Origin: a virus
Taxonomy: Duplodnaviria > Caudoviricetes
Strand: one strand, 5' to 3'
IMG/VR virus record: IMGVR_UViG_3300032125_000010
Coordinates: 1-40,011 of that record
DNA: 40,011 bases
The notes under the pieces were generated by a model. It was given only the letters and a program-made list of their open reading frames with translations, was not told where the DNA came from and made no database searches. This document shows, one piece after another, positions 18,827 through 26,688 of this stretch. The position numbers and the translations under genes were made by a program. Every line of letters starts with the position of its first letter. Position 1 is the stretch's first letter.

Positions 18827-19381
18827 ATGACTGCTACTTCATGGGGTCCTAAGAATGAGCCCGAATTCGCCGATGGGGATGCGCCTGACGTTGCCCTGAA
18901 CCCGAAGCAGGCCGCGGCGTATGCGGGCAAGGTTGGTAACCGGCGCACGGGTACGGATGCCGAGCGTGACGCGGCCACCGGTAAGGATGTCTGGGAGGGC
19001 CTCGCATGGGGCAGCACCACGGACGGCAGCGAGTACAAGCGCGTCGGCGGCGCGTGGGAGCTGACGTGGAGCCGTGACACGGGCTGGACCACGCTGACAC
19101 CCGCTGGCAACTGGACGGTCATCTCTCCCGTGCGGTGGCGGCGCCGTGACGGAATCGTGTTCCTGCGCGGCATCGTCTCCCGCACGACTGGCGCGGATGC
19201 CATTATCACGTTGCCGGTGGGTGCTCGCCCTAGTGTCATCGCCGTGCACCCGATGGGCACGACGTCGGTGAACGGTTCCATGCGCGCCACGGTCACTACT
19301 GCTGGTGTCGTGTCGCAGGGGCCGTTCGACTCGGGGACGTACATGTACCTCGATGGCGTCAGCTTCATCGCGGAGCAATAA
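18827..19381 (+). CDS. Minor tail / tail fibre tip protein
   Basis: GT.AERDA repeat; DTGWTTLT; RRRDGIVFLRG; TLPVGARP; YLDGVSF C-terminal receptor-binding-type fold. Confidence 0.7.
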   Translation: MTATSWGPKNEPEFADGDAPDVALNPKQAAAYAGKVGNRRTGTDAERDAATGKDVWEGLAWGSTTDGSEYKRVGGAWELTWSRDTGWTTLTPAGNWTVISPVRWRRRDGIVFLRGIVSRTTGADAIITLPVGARPSVIAVHPMGTTSVNGSMRATVTTAGVVSQGPFDSGTYMYLDGVSFIAEQ

Positions 19382-20055
19382 TGCCATCGATCATTCTCGC
19401 GTCGCACGGGCGCATCACTACTCACTTTCACCAGGACATCGGTCGCGGTTTCCTGCACCGCGGCATTGACCAAGGGCACACGAACGCAACAGCTTACGAC
19501 TTGCAGATCATGGCGCCGGCTGATGGTGTCGTGACGTTCGCTGGCCCGTTCGGCTCATACGGCAACGTCATCTACATCGAGCACGCGGACGGCTGGGTGT
19601 CGGTTCTCGCGCATCACCGCACGCAGCACGTTCGCAAGGGTGACCGGGTAACTCAGGGGCAGATCATCGCCGTCATGGGCAACACCGGCACCAAATATGT
19701 GCACTCGCACCAAGAGCTCAGGGACGCACAAGCGAACCAGCTCGACCCGCTGCTGCACGTCGGCACGGCAAGCACCGCCGCAACGGATGACTCCCCCGTC
19801 ATCATCACCGCAACGCCTACCCCGGAAGAAGACGACGACATGCCCACCTATGAACTCATCGAAACACCTGACCGTACGACTTGGTTCTGTGTCGATCGCG
19901 TGCTGCGTTACGGCATCCCTGGCCCGCAGTACCTCGCCAGCTACAAGTCGTTCATTCGGTCGAAGGGCCAGTCCGACTCGGTTCTGCAACAGGCCAACGG
20001 GAATGCGTTCGGTTCGCCTGTCTACAACGACGGCGCAGGGGTCACGAAGCGATAA
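19381..20055 (+). CDS. Endolysin: M23 family metallopeptidase plus C-terminal domain
   Basis: HRGID, APADGVV, YGNVIYIEH, VRKGDRVTQGQ.I..MGNTG, HSHQE (HxxxD and HxH zinc ligands). Confidence 0.9.
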   Translation: MPSIILASHGRITTHFHQDIGRGFLHRGIDQGHTNATAYDLQIMAPADGVVTFAGPFGSYGNVIYIEHADGWVSVLAHHRTQHVRKGDRVTQGQIIAVMGNTGTKYVHSHQELRDAQANQLDPLLHVGTASTAATDDSPVIITATPTPEEDDDMPTYELIETPDRTTWFCVDRVLRYGIPGPQYLASYKSFIRSKGQSDSVLQQANGNAFGSPVYNDGAGVTKR

Positions 20056-20071
20056 CCCAGAAGCACCAACA

Positions 20072-20103
20072 CCCTCGGCGACTGTTTGCGCAGTCGCCGA
20101 GGG
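20072..20103. other. Perfect 13-bp-stem hairpin in lysis cassette
   Basis: CCCTCGGCGACTG-TTTGCG-CAGTCGCCGAGGG. Confidence 0.8.
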
Positions 20104-20176
20104 CTGGACCCACTTCCTGAACCCAGAAAGCAGGCATTTATGAACGCTATCGGATACAACTACCCCCTAATTACCA

Positions 20177-20413
20177 ATGCCTGAGTGGGTGCCAACCGTC
20201 GTCATCGCTGTCATTGCGGCATCGGGCGCATGGTTCACGGCCCGCATTAGTGCTAGATCCGGGTCGTATGAGCGCATCCGGGATCTTGAGGAGCGCGTTG
20301 ATTTGGTCGAGCGCCGCAATCAGATCCTCTGGAATTACAACCGGCAACTCATCAATCACATTTACGACGGCACACCCCCACCACCCCCGCCGATGCCTGA
20401 GGGCATCATCTAA
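20177..20413 (+). CDS. Membrane protein of lysis cassette (1 TM + coiled coil)
   Basis: N-terminal TM, coiled coil, Pro-rich C-terminus; lies between endolysin and holin. Confidence 0.75.
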   Translation: MPEWVPTVVIAVIAASGAWFTARISARSGSYERIRDLEERVDLVERRNQILWNYNRQLINHIYDGTPPPPPPMPEGII

Positions 20414-20422
20414 GGAGACACC

Positions 20423-20680
20423 ATGAACGCTTTCATCATCGCCCTTATCCGCACCGTCGTACCTGCTGGTGTCGGCCTGCTGTTCGGCTGGCTCGCATCC
20501 ATCGGCATTGGCCTCGACGCTGAAACGCAGTCGGGTCTTGTCGCCGGCCTGAGCCTCACGATCACCGGCCTGTACTACGCGGGCGTGACGTGGGCTGCTG
20601 CGAAGTACCCGGCGTTCGGTTGGCTGCTCGGTGTCGCTGCTACCCCGAAGTACAGCACCGGCAAGCACGTCGCCGAATAA
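20423..20680 (+). CDS. Holin
   Basis: IRTVVP...2 TMs...YYA....A.KYP.FGWLLG....PKY actinophage holin pattern; RBS AAGGAG. Confidence 0.8.
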   Translation: MNAFIIALIRTVVPAGVGLLFGWLASIGIGLDAETQSGLVAGLSLTITGLYYAGVTWAAAKYPAFGWLLGVAATPKYSTGKHVAE

Positions 20681-20743
20681 CTCACCTCCAAGCGCTTCGG
20701 CGTAATCCCTTCACCCCCACTCGCACCAATTCTGGAGGCTTCT

Positions 20744-22492
20744 ATGCCGAACTTGCTCACCCCCCTGCCGTTTCTCGATGCGTCCGGGCAGCCGGCTAAC
20801 GGTTTCATTTTCGCTCAGGCTTCTCGCGCGTTTGCGACGGCTACCGGTTTCGTCACAACCGTGCAGAGCATGGGGCGCGTGGTCAATGGGGTATTCCTGA
20901 CTGCGGACGATTCCAAGAGTGACCCGTTTGTTCTGATGCCTGCGACGGTCGACGCACCGTTGCAGCTCACGATCAAGCTCAACTCGTACACGACGGAGGG
21001 CAGGCTTCAGGGCGGCTACACGGGTGTGCAGTCGCGCACGGTGACGGTGGCTGATGTGGGCACCGTGTCATGGGCTGACCTTGTGGATGTCGTGCCGGTT
21101 GCCGATGCCATCCCGTACGAGATCCAGCCATGGATGCAGGACGCGATGGACAACGTGGCGGCTGCGGAGGTTGCGGCTGGCACGGCAACAACCAAGGCTG
21201 CGGCTGCGGCGGCATCGGCGGCAAGCGCGTCGGCGTCTGCTGCGTCTGTTGTTCGTGGTGGCGCGAACGGTGTGGCGCCGCTCGATGGGGCCTCACTGCT
21301 GCCCGACGCAAACCTGCCCACTCGGCTCGGGGTTAGCGGGCTGGCCACCACGATTGACGGGAAAGTCTCCGGGGCCGCGGCGACAGAACTGCACACGGAC
21401 TTCCGCAGTCTGCCAAACGGCCCGGTGCCAACCCTGCACGACACCGGGCAGCCATTCACCTACGCCGCCGAACCGCCCACGATCAGCGCGGGAGCATTCA
21501 CCACCCCGACGCCCACCACGTCGGGGAAGGCAACGTATCTCGAAGCGCAACTCGGCAACACCCTGGCTCGCGTTGGTGCCGAGTTCATCATTCGACGCAC
21601 GAGCGGCGGGCAGACGAACGGCTCGCTGGCAATGGGCGCATGGTCTGATCCGGGCGTCGTTGCCACGTACCCCGGCGCATACCCGGTAGCGGGCGCACAC
21701 TTTGTCATCAACCGGGACCGCTGGACGTACAACTTCTACGCCGACGCCGACAGCACCGACGTGGGAAGCAAGACGTTCGCCACACCGCTCCCCGAGGGCG
21801 TGCCGCTCACCGTTGAGATTCTGTTTCACGGCGACCGCGCGACCATCCACCTGCCAGACGGCACCACGGCGACAATCACCGACGCCCGAGTCCTTACCTA
21901 CGTCAAGACACGCGCGTTCTGGGAGCCGTTTATGTCTGCCGGCAGCAATAACACCAACGTCGGAATCACGCGCGTCTGGGCCGACTCCGACCCCGCCGAC
22001 AGTAACCACAAGTACGTCACCGCGCAGGCACTCGCCACCGAACTTGCAGCCAGCCCCTACGAAGCCAACACGACCTCATGGCGACCGACCGCCGACCAGT
22101 ACGTCAACCTCACTACGACACAGACGGAACTGAACGCGAATCTGTACGTCGATATCGTGCTGCCGAAGTCTCGCAAGTTCGTCATCACGGCGACGGCTGC
22201 ACTGGAAAAAACCACCGCAGCCGCGACCCCGTACTGGGCATTCACTGCAAATACTTCACTCACTGTCGGCGTGCTGCGACTTAGCGTGATCGCAGGCGTG
22301 GAGACAATCACTCAACAGATATACGTCGACCTGACAACCGAGACGGGATTCAAGGCAGGAACAGTGCTGCGCATCGGATGGGCGCAGTACAAGTCAGGCA
22401 CGGATCGGATCACGATGCAGGTCGGCAATGGTCGATGGCCGACGATGACGGTCACTCCGGTGAATGGTCGCATCTCCACAGTTACCCCGTAG
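20744..22492 (+). CDS. Tail fibre / receptor-binding-like protein downstream of lysis genes
   Basis: N-terminal anchor-like domain, Ala-rich stalk, GANGVAPLDG..LLPDANLP linker, beta-rich C-terminal domains; RBS GGAGG. Confidence 0.7.
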   Translation: MPNLLTPLPFLDASGQPANGFIFAQASRAFATATGFVTTVQSMGRVVNGVFLTADDSKSDPFVLMPATVDAPLQLTIKLNSYTTEGRLQGGYTGVQSRTVTVADVGTVSWADLVDVVPVADAIPYEIQPWMQDAMDNVAAAEVAAGTATTKAAAAAASAASASASAASVVRGGANGVAPLDGASLLPDANLPTRLGVSGLATTIDGKVSGAAATELHTDFRSLPNGPVPTLHDTGQPFTYAAEPPTISAGAFTTPTPTTSGKATYLEAQLGNTLARVGAEFIIRRTSGGQTNGSLAMGAWSDPGVVATYPGAYPVAGAHFVINRDRWTYNFYADADSTDVGSKTFATPLPEGVPLTVEILFHGDRATIHLPDGTTATITDARVLTYVKTRAFWEPFMSAGSNNTNVGITRVWADSDPADSNHKYVTAQALATELAASPYEANTTSWRPTADQYVNLTTTQTELNANLYVDIVLPKSRKFVITATAALEKTTAAATPYWAFTANTSLTVGVLRLSVIAGVETITQQIYVDLTTETGFKAGTVLRIGWAQYKSGTDRITMQVGNGRWPTMTVTPVNGRISTVTP

Positions 22493-22526
22493 GCAACACT
22501 CTGACCCAGACTGACGCATAACCAAT

Positions 22527-22578
22527 TAGCCCCAACTTCCAAACCTTCACTGGTGCGGAGGTTGGGGCTACTTTTTTT
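22527..22578 (+). terminator. Rho-independent terminator ending the late operon
   Basis: TAGCCCCAAC...GTTGGGGCTA followed by CTTTTTTT. Confidence 0.85.
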
Positions 22579-22633
22579 GTGCCCTCTGACCTGCCTATTT
22601 CCGTCTACCCCCTTCTTGGGGGACACGATGGGC

Positions 22634-22661
22634 TATACACATGGCTACACGCGTGTATATT
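22634..22661 (+). promoter_or_regulatory. Putative promoter/operator with palindrome TACACGCGTGTA
   Basis: Perfect 12-bp palindrome 22646-22657 overlapping a TATATT -10-like hexamer. Confidence 0.5.
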
Positions 22662-22746
22662 GGAAACCAGCAACAAAGAAGGCCAGCAGGAATGCACTCC
22701 CGCTGGCCCAGTAACCCTTCAAGCGCTAGACAAGAAAGGAAACACC

Positions 22747-22854
22747 ATGAACTCTACCTCGATTCGTCGTAGCTCAGCCCCCAGAAGACCCGAGGCTTCA
22801 GGAATCATTTCAGGAGCACAGTGGATGTCGCACGGGAGAGGGAGAGAACATTGA
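22747..22854 (+). CDS. Small leader ORF (35 aa)
   Basis: Strong RBS AGAAAGGAAA before ATG; MNSTSIRR... Confidence 0.45.
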   Translation: MNSTSIRRSSAPRRPEASGIISGAQWMSHGRGREH

Positions 22855-22944
22855 GGAGAGCCAATTGACAACAAGCATGACCACGCGAGCGGTCTGCGCA
22901 CGAGATCAACACACTCCTGCGCAGACCCTCGACAAGGCGACACG

Positions 22945-23223
22945 GTGAACCCGCGCGCAAAAGGGCAAGGGTCCGTGTACGAGGTCCGTGACGGGTACTG
23001 GGTCGGCGCTGTGAGCGTGACTGACGACACCGGGACACGTAAGCGGCGAACGGTCGGCAGTCGAGACAAACACGTCGCAGAAGCCAAGCTAGAGGCGCTG
23101 ATAGCCGGCGAACGATTACCCGGCACCCTGGCGGAATTGCACGCGGTCCAGGATGAAGCGTGGCACGAGGGGCACGATGCGGAGGCGGGTGCGGTTAGTC
23201 CGTATTGGCGCGCCCAAAAATAG
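22945..23223 (+). CDS. Stand-alone integrase N-terminal (arm-binding-like) domain protein
   Basis: 46 ungapped residues align with this phage's integrase N-terminus (13 identities, by eye); no catalytic domain. Confidence 0.7.
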   Translation: MNPRAKGQGSVYEVRDGYWVGAVSVTDDTGTRKRRTVGSRDKHVAEAKLEALIAGERLPGTLAELHAVQDEAWHEGHDAEAGAVSPYWRAQK

Positions 23224-23317
23224 GGGGCGTGTTGGGGAATGGCCCACATTGGGGGGTGTGGGTTATTCCCCACATGAGGTGGGAAGCGCCCGGAAACTTT
23301 CTTGAGTTTCTTTGTGT

Positions 23318-23353
23318 TTCGTATTGCGGTTCGTATTGCGGATGACATAGAAT
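23318..23353 (+). promoter_or_regulatory. Leaderless promoter with tandem 12-bp operator repeat
   Basis: TTGCGG-18bp-TAGAAT, with ATG 6 nt downstream; (TTCGTATTGCGG)x2 at 23318-23341. Confidence 0.7.
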
Positions 23354-23359
23354 AAAGAC

Positions 23360-23644
23360 ATGACGAAGACGCAGAACATCCAGACAGCAACCGCCCGCGA
23401 AAAGTTCACCGCAATGGTTGAATCCCGCACGCTCGACCAGGCCATCTCCGCGCTGGTTCTGAACGACAGTGGCACGGTCGAGGGCATGATGATCCGCACC
23501 GCACTCATCCGCCACATCGAAACCATCAGCCCCGCAATCGCCGAGTGGGTCGCGAACTTCTACCCCGACGACTTCGAATCGCCCATCTGGGACATCGACT
23601 ACCCGGATGCCATCCTGCTCGCTCGCGACGCGGTTGCCGCATGA
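23360..23644 (+). CDS. Hypothetical protein
   Basis: Leaderless start after promoter; phage-like codon usage; ATGA coupling to next gene. Confidence 0.75.
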   Translation: MTKTQNIQTATAREKFTAMVESRTLDQAISALVLNDSGTVEGMMIRTALIRHIETISPAIAEWVANFYPDDFESPIWDIDYPDAILLARDAVAA

Positions 23645-23817
23645 AGATTCGGGGCGGGCGGGTTACGCCGGCACAGTTCTCGAATATTGCACGATGGACT
23701 GGCCGCTGGGTCCACTACCTGGGAGCCGGGAGGTTCGCCATCGTCTGGTCTGGAAGGGCGATTGGCGAAGCTGCCACACGGGCGCAGGACACCGACGAGT
23801 TTTTTGGTGACGCATGA
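23641..23817 (+). CDS. Hypothetical protein (58 aa)
   Basis: ATGA overlaps at both ends. Confidence 0.6.
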   Translation: MKIRGGRVTPAQFSNIARWTGRWVHYLGAGRFAIVWSGRAIGEAATRAQDTDEFFGDA

Positions 23818-23963
23818 CCCGCCCCCCGATGATCGCGCGCACGATCCGCACCTCGGACGCGCTTTGGGCTGCGGCTCAAGAGGTCGCCGACGCGCGCGGA
23901 GAAGTTCTGTCCGAAGAGATCCGCAAAATGATTGAACGCTACGTGAAGAAAGGGACGAAATGA
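23814..23963 (+). CDS. Ribbon-helix-helix DNA-binding protein (49 aa)
   Basis: MTRPPMIARTIRTSDALWAAAQEVADARGEVLSEEIRKMIERYVKK, read manually: beta-strand RTIR plus two helices. Confidence 0.75.
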   Translation: MTRPPMIARTIRTSDALWAAAQEVADARGEVLSEEIRKMIERYVKKGTK

Positions 23964-24271
23964 GTGAGGCTTTGTACAAGGAGTGCACCTGCTGCGGAAG
24001 GAATCTTTACCTTCCGGGGCCATGCGAACCCACAGCGGGCACACAGAGCGAACGGGAACGACTGGCAAGCACGGTATGGACGACGCTACAGGACATCCTC
24101 GGGGGTCCTGGCGTCGACTCGTGGGCGTGTGGGCAGGTCGCCGATGCCATCATCGCCGCGGGTTTCGGGGGCGTGGTAGAGGCGTGGGATAAGGGATACG
24201 TCGATGGCACCATGCGCGATGGCGGCGACAATGACGGCCCGCCCCATGTGCCGAACCCGTACCGCACCTAG
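23960..24271 (+). CDS. Hypothetical protein with AWDxG...NPY motif
   Basis: ATGA coupling; ADAIIAAGF, EAWDKGY...PNPYRT. Confidence 0.7.
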   Translation: MSEALYKECTCCGRNLYLPGPCEPTAGTQSERERLASTVWTTLQDILGGPGVDSWACGQVADAIIAAGFGGVVEAWDKGYVDGTMRDGGDNDGPPHVPNPYRT

Positions 24272-24292
24272 CGCGCCAGCCCTCACCCCCAT

Positions 24293-24323
24293 CGCCCCCG
24301 TTCCCAGTGAGCGGGGGCGTTGT
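24293..24323 (+). terminator. Terminator hairpin of accessory operon
   Basis: CGCCCCCG...CGGGGGCG followed by TTGT. Confidence 0.55.
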
Positions 24324-24353
24324 GCTGTCCTCGCATCCTGCACTGTGCGCATG

Positions 24354-24387
24354 AAAAATCCCCGCCCTGTTCATACCAGGGCGGGGA
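24354..24387 (-). terminator. Minus-strand terminator, positioned to end the tRNA reconstituted on integration
   Basis: TCCCCGCCCTG/CAGGGCGGGGA stem with a TTTTT tail on the minus strand. Confidence 0.7.
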
Positions 24388-24462
24388 ACGTGGATTGACT
24401 CCAGCCATCAGTATATACCGTGACAGTGCTGGGGGCGCACTGGTAATCGTGCGCAAATGTCG

Positions 24463-24696
24463 TTAGGGGGACCTTTAGGAGGTACTAGGGGGTTTTGGCT
24501 AGGGGGCCGATACCCTTGCGTCCCAGTGTTTATATGGTGCCCCCGGTAGGAATCGAACCTACGACAAGCGGATTAGAAGCTCGCTGGTTAAAGCTTTTAG
24601 GGGTAGTCACTCACTGAAAAACCGCGTGTTTACGCGGATCTCCATCCCATACGAACCCATATGAGCGCATAGCTTAGGGGGTACCTTAGGAGGTAG
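24463..24696. promoter_or_regulatory. attP with integrase arm-type repeats
   Basis: TTAGGGGG(T)ACC + TTAGGAGGTA pairs at 24463-24485 and 24674-24696, extra TAGGGG copies at 24486, 24500 and 24598, all flanking the tRNA-derived core. Confidence 0.8.
24535..24579 (-). other. attP common core: 3' half of tRNA-Arg(TCT)
   Basis: Reverse complement CTTCTAATCCGCTTGTCGTAGGTTCGATTCCTACCGGGGGCACCA: anticodon loop CT-TCT-AA, T-arm, acceptor strand and CCA; 5' half absent. Confidence 0.9.
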
Positions 24697-24716
24697 TAAC
24701 TTGGTAGACTGGTGGC

Positions 24717-25073
24717 ATGACAACAGACACGCGAGCCAAGCTGACGCCCGTCGAAGAGATGCGGGCAGCGATTGACGTGCTGACGGCACAGAAGGATTCC
24801 CCGCGCCCACCCTTTTACGACCGATGGAATGACGAGGACTTCACGTACGGCAATCTCGATGATGCCGTTGAGGAGGGGTTCGAGTTTGGCGATGCGTGGG
24901 GCAAGTGGCACGAGCAACAGCGCATGGTCGACGCGCACCTGACCATCCTGCGCGGCGAAGTGAACTTCTGCCAGATCAACGGCTACTCGCCATCCAACGG
25001 CAAGCTCGACTTGGCCCGCGCAATCAACGGCACCACTCAACGCCCCCGCCGCGTGACGAAGGGCGCCAAATGA
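24717..25073 (+). CDS. Hypothetical protein (paralog of 28573-28911)
   Basis: Leaderless start after TGG-TAGACT; VEEMRAAIDVLTAQKD...DAHLTIL...LARAING. Confidence 0.75.
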   Translation: MTTDTRAKLTPVEEMRAAIDVLTAQKDSPRPPFYDRWNDEDFTYGNLDDAVEEGFEFGDAWGKWHEQQRMVDAHLTILRGEVNFCQINGYSPSNGKLDLARAINGTTQRPRRVTKGAK

Positions 25074-25240
25074 GCGAGAACGTGCAAGAGCTAATTGCCG
25101 AGGCGCAGCGGTTCCGCAAGATGGCGATCTACTACGGAGACGAGCCGATCATCGCTCGACTCATTGCCGCGCTCGAAGCCGTCACGGAAGAACGGGATGA
25201 CGCCATCTCCGCGCTCGAGGCATCCGTGGGGACCTTGTGA
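25070..25240 (+). CDS. Hypothetical helical protein (56 aa)
   Basis: ATGA and GTGA overlaps with neighbours. Confidence 0.6.
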   Translation: MSENVQELIAEAQRFRKMAIYYGDEPIIARLIAALEAVTEERDDAISALEASVGTL

Positions 25241-26550
25241 CCGACACCACCCCCAAGCACCGCCGCGCAACTGGCGAGCCGAAGCCGTACCAGCGCGCGG
25301 ATGGCATGTGGCGTGTTGCCCTCGAGCTGCCATCGCCCGATGGTTCACGGCGCCGTAAGTATTTCGTGGCGAAGACTGAGGGCGCGTTGAAACTCAAGCT
25401 CAAGGAAGCCAAGCGCGACCTGCTCAAGAATGGCGACCTGTCAACGGCGAGCGTGACCGTGGCAACGTGGATGAATCTCTGGTTCAACGCGATCTCGTTG
25501 AAGAAGATCGCACCCCGCACAGCATCCGCATACCGTAGCCAGATAAACAACTACGTCATCCCGTCGATTGGCAAGATCCGCCTCGACAAGTTGACCGCCG
25601 CGCATATCTACCGGGTCGCCGATTACATCACGTCGAAGCCGAAAGATCCCGCCGACCCGTCCAAGGGCTTCCTGTCATCGACCACGGCGAACAACACATA
25701 CCGGATGCTGCGAGTTGCGCTGACCTACGCCGAACGTGAGGGGCGCATCACGAAGAACCCGGCAATGCTCGCTGATGCCCCACGTAAGGCCGCGGCGAAC
25801 CTCGCCGTACTGACAGCCGTGGATGGCGTGAAAGTGCTTGATAGCGTCTCACGCGACCGCATGGGGTCGCGCTGGGCAACGGCACTACTCACCGGCGCGC
25901 GACAAGGCGAAGTGATCGGGCTCGAGCTTGACCGCGTGACCGACGTGCTCGACCTCTCCTGGCAGCTACAGCGCATCACATGGGAGCACGGATGCGGCGG
26001 GACATGTGGACGCAAGCGCGGCACCGACTGCCCGAAGCAGAAGATCACGCACCCCGCCGACTGGGAATATCGGCGACTCGGTAGCAGCGGCCTGTGTCTC
26101 ACGCGCCCGAAGTCTGCGGCTGGCTGGCGAATCATCCCACTAGTCGAACCGCTCAAGACGATCATCGAGCGGCGCATTGCCGTTGCTGCCACAGAACCCA
26201 ACCCCTACGGCCTTGTGTGGACCGCTGACCCCAAGTTCAACAAGGGTGGAGCAAAGGGGACGGTGCGCGTGGCCCAACCTCTTGACGGGTCACCTATCGA
26301 CCCATCACGCGACAACCTCGCATGGCACGCCGTGCTTGCGCGCGCTGAGATTGACAGCGTGCCACTCCACGCCGCACGCCACACGACCGCATCGTTGCTA
26401 CTCGCTGCGAACGTGCCGCCGCCGATCATCATGAAGATCCTGGGCCACTCATCGTTCGTGACGTCTGTTTCCTACATGGACATCGATCGCAAGCAGCTGG
26501 GGATCGCACTCACCGCAATCTCTGCACTCATGCCGCTCTCGGAGGCGTAA
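25237..26550 (+). CDS. int: Tyrosine integrase
   Basis: TGARQGEVIGL (R), PKS (K), LHAARHT (HxxR), ILGHS, terminal Y in TSVSYM; N-terminal arm-binding and core-binding domains. Confidence 0.95.
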   Translation: MTDTTPKHRRATGEPKPYQRADGMWRVALELPSPDGSRRRKYFVAKTEGALKLKLKEAKRDLLKNGDLSTASVTVATWMNLWFNAISLKKIAPRTASAYRSQINNYVIPSIGKIRLDKLTAAHIYRVADYITSKPKDPADPSKGFLSSTTANNTYRMLRVALTYAEREGRITKNPAMLADAPRKAAANLAVLTAVDGVKVLDSVSRDRMGSRWATALLTGARQGEVIGLELDRVTDVLDLSWQLQRITWEHGCGGTCGRKRGTDCPKQKITHPADWEYRRLGSSGLCLTRPKSAAGWRIIPLVEPLKTIIERRIAVAATEPNPYGLVWTADPKFNKGGAKGTVRVAQPLDGSPIDPSRDNLAWHAVLARAEIDSVPLHAARHTTASLLLAANVPPPIIMKILGHSSFVTSVSYMDIDRKQLGIALTAISALMPLSEA

Positions 26551-26688
26551 CAGGGCGTAATGCATACCAAGGGAATGTAAAGAGTTGGACATGCCTACCG
26601 GCAATGTCGGGGGGTGGTCGTAGGGTTTAGGAGTCGGTCGAGAAAAGCTTGACCACGGAGCCATAACGGGTAGGGGGGCATTTTGCCT

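Noticed and set aside
2979-22009. Long minus-strand ORFs over structural genes (e.g. 4887-6047, 16846-17916)
   Set aside because: Shadow ORFs typical of high-GC DNA, opposite well-supported genes and with no motifs
24535-24610. Complete phage tRNA-Arg gene
   Set aside because: Only the anticodon loop to CCA is present; no D-arm or 5' acceptor strand upstream, so it is an attP core
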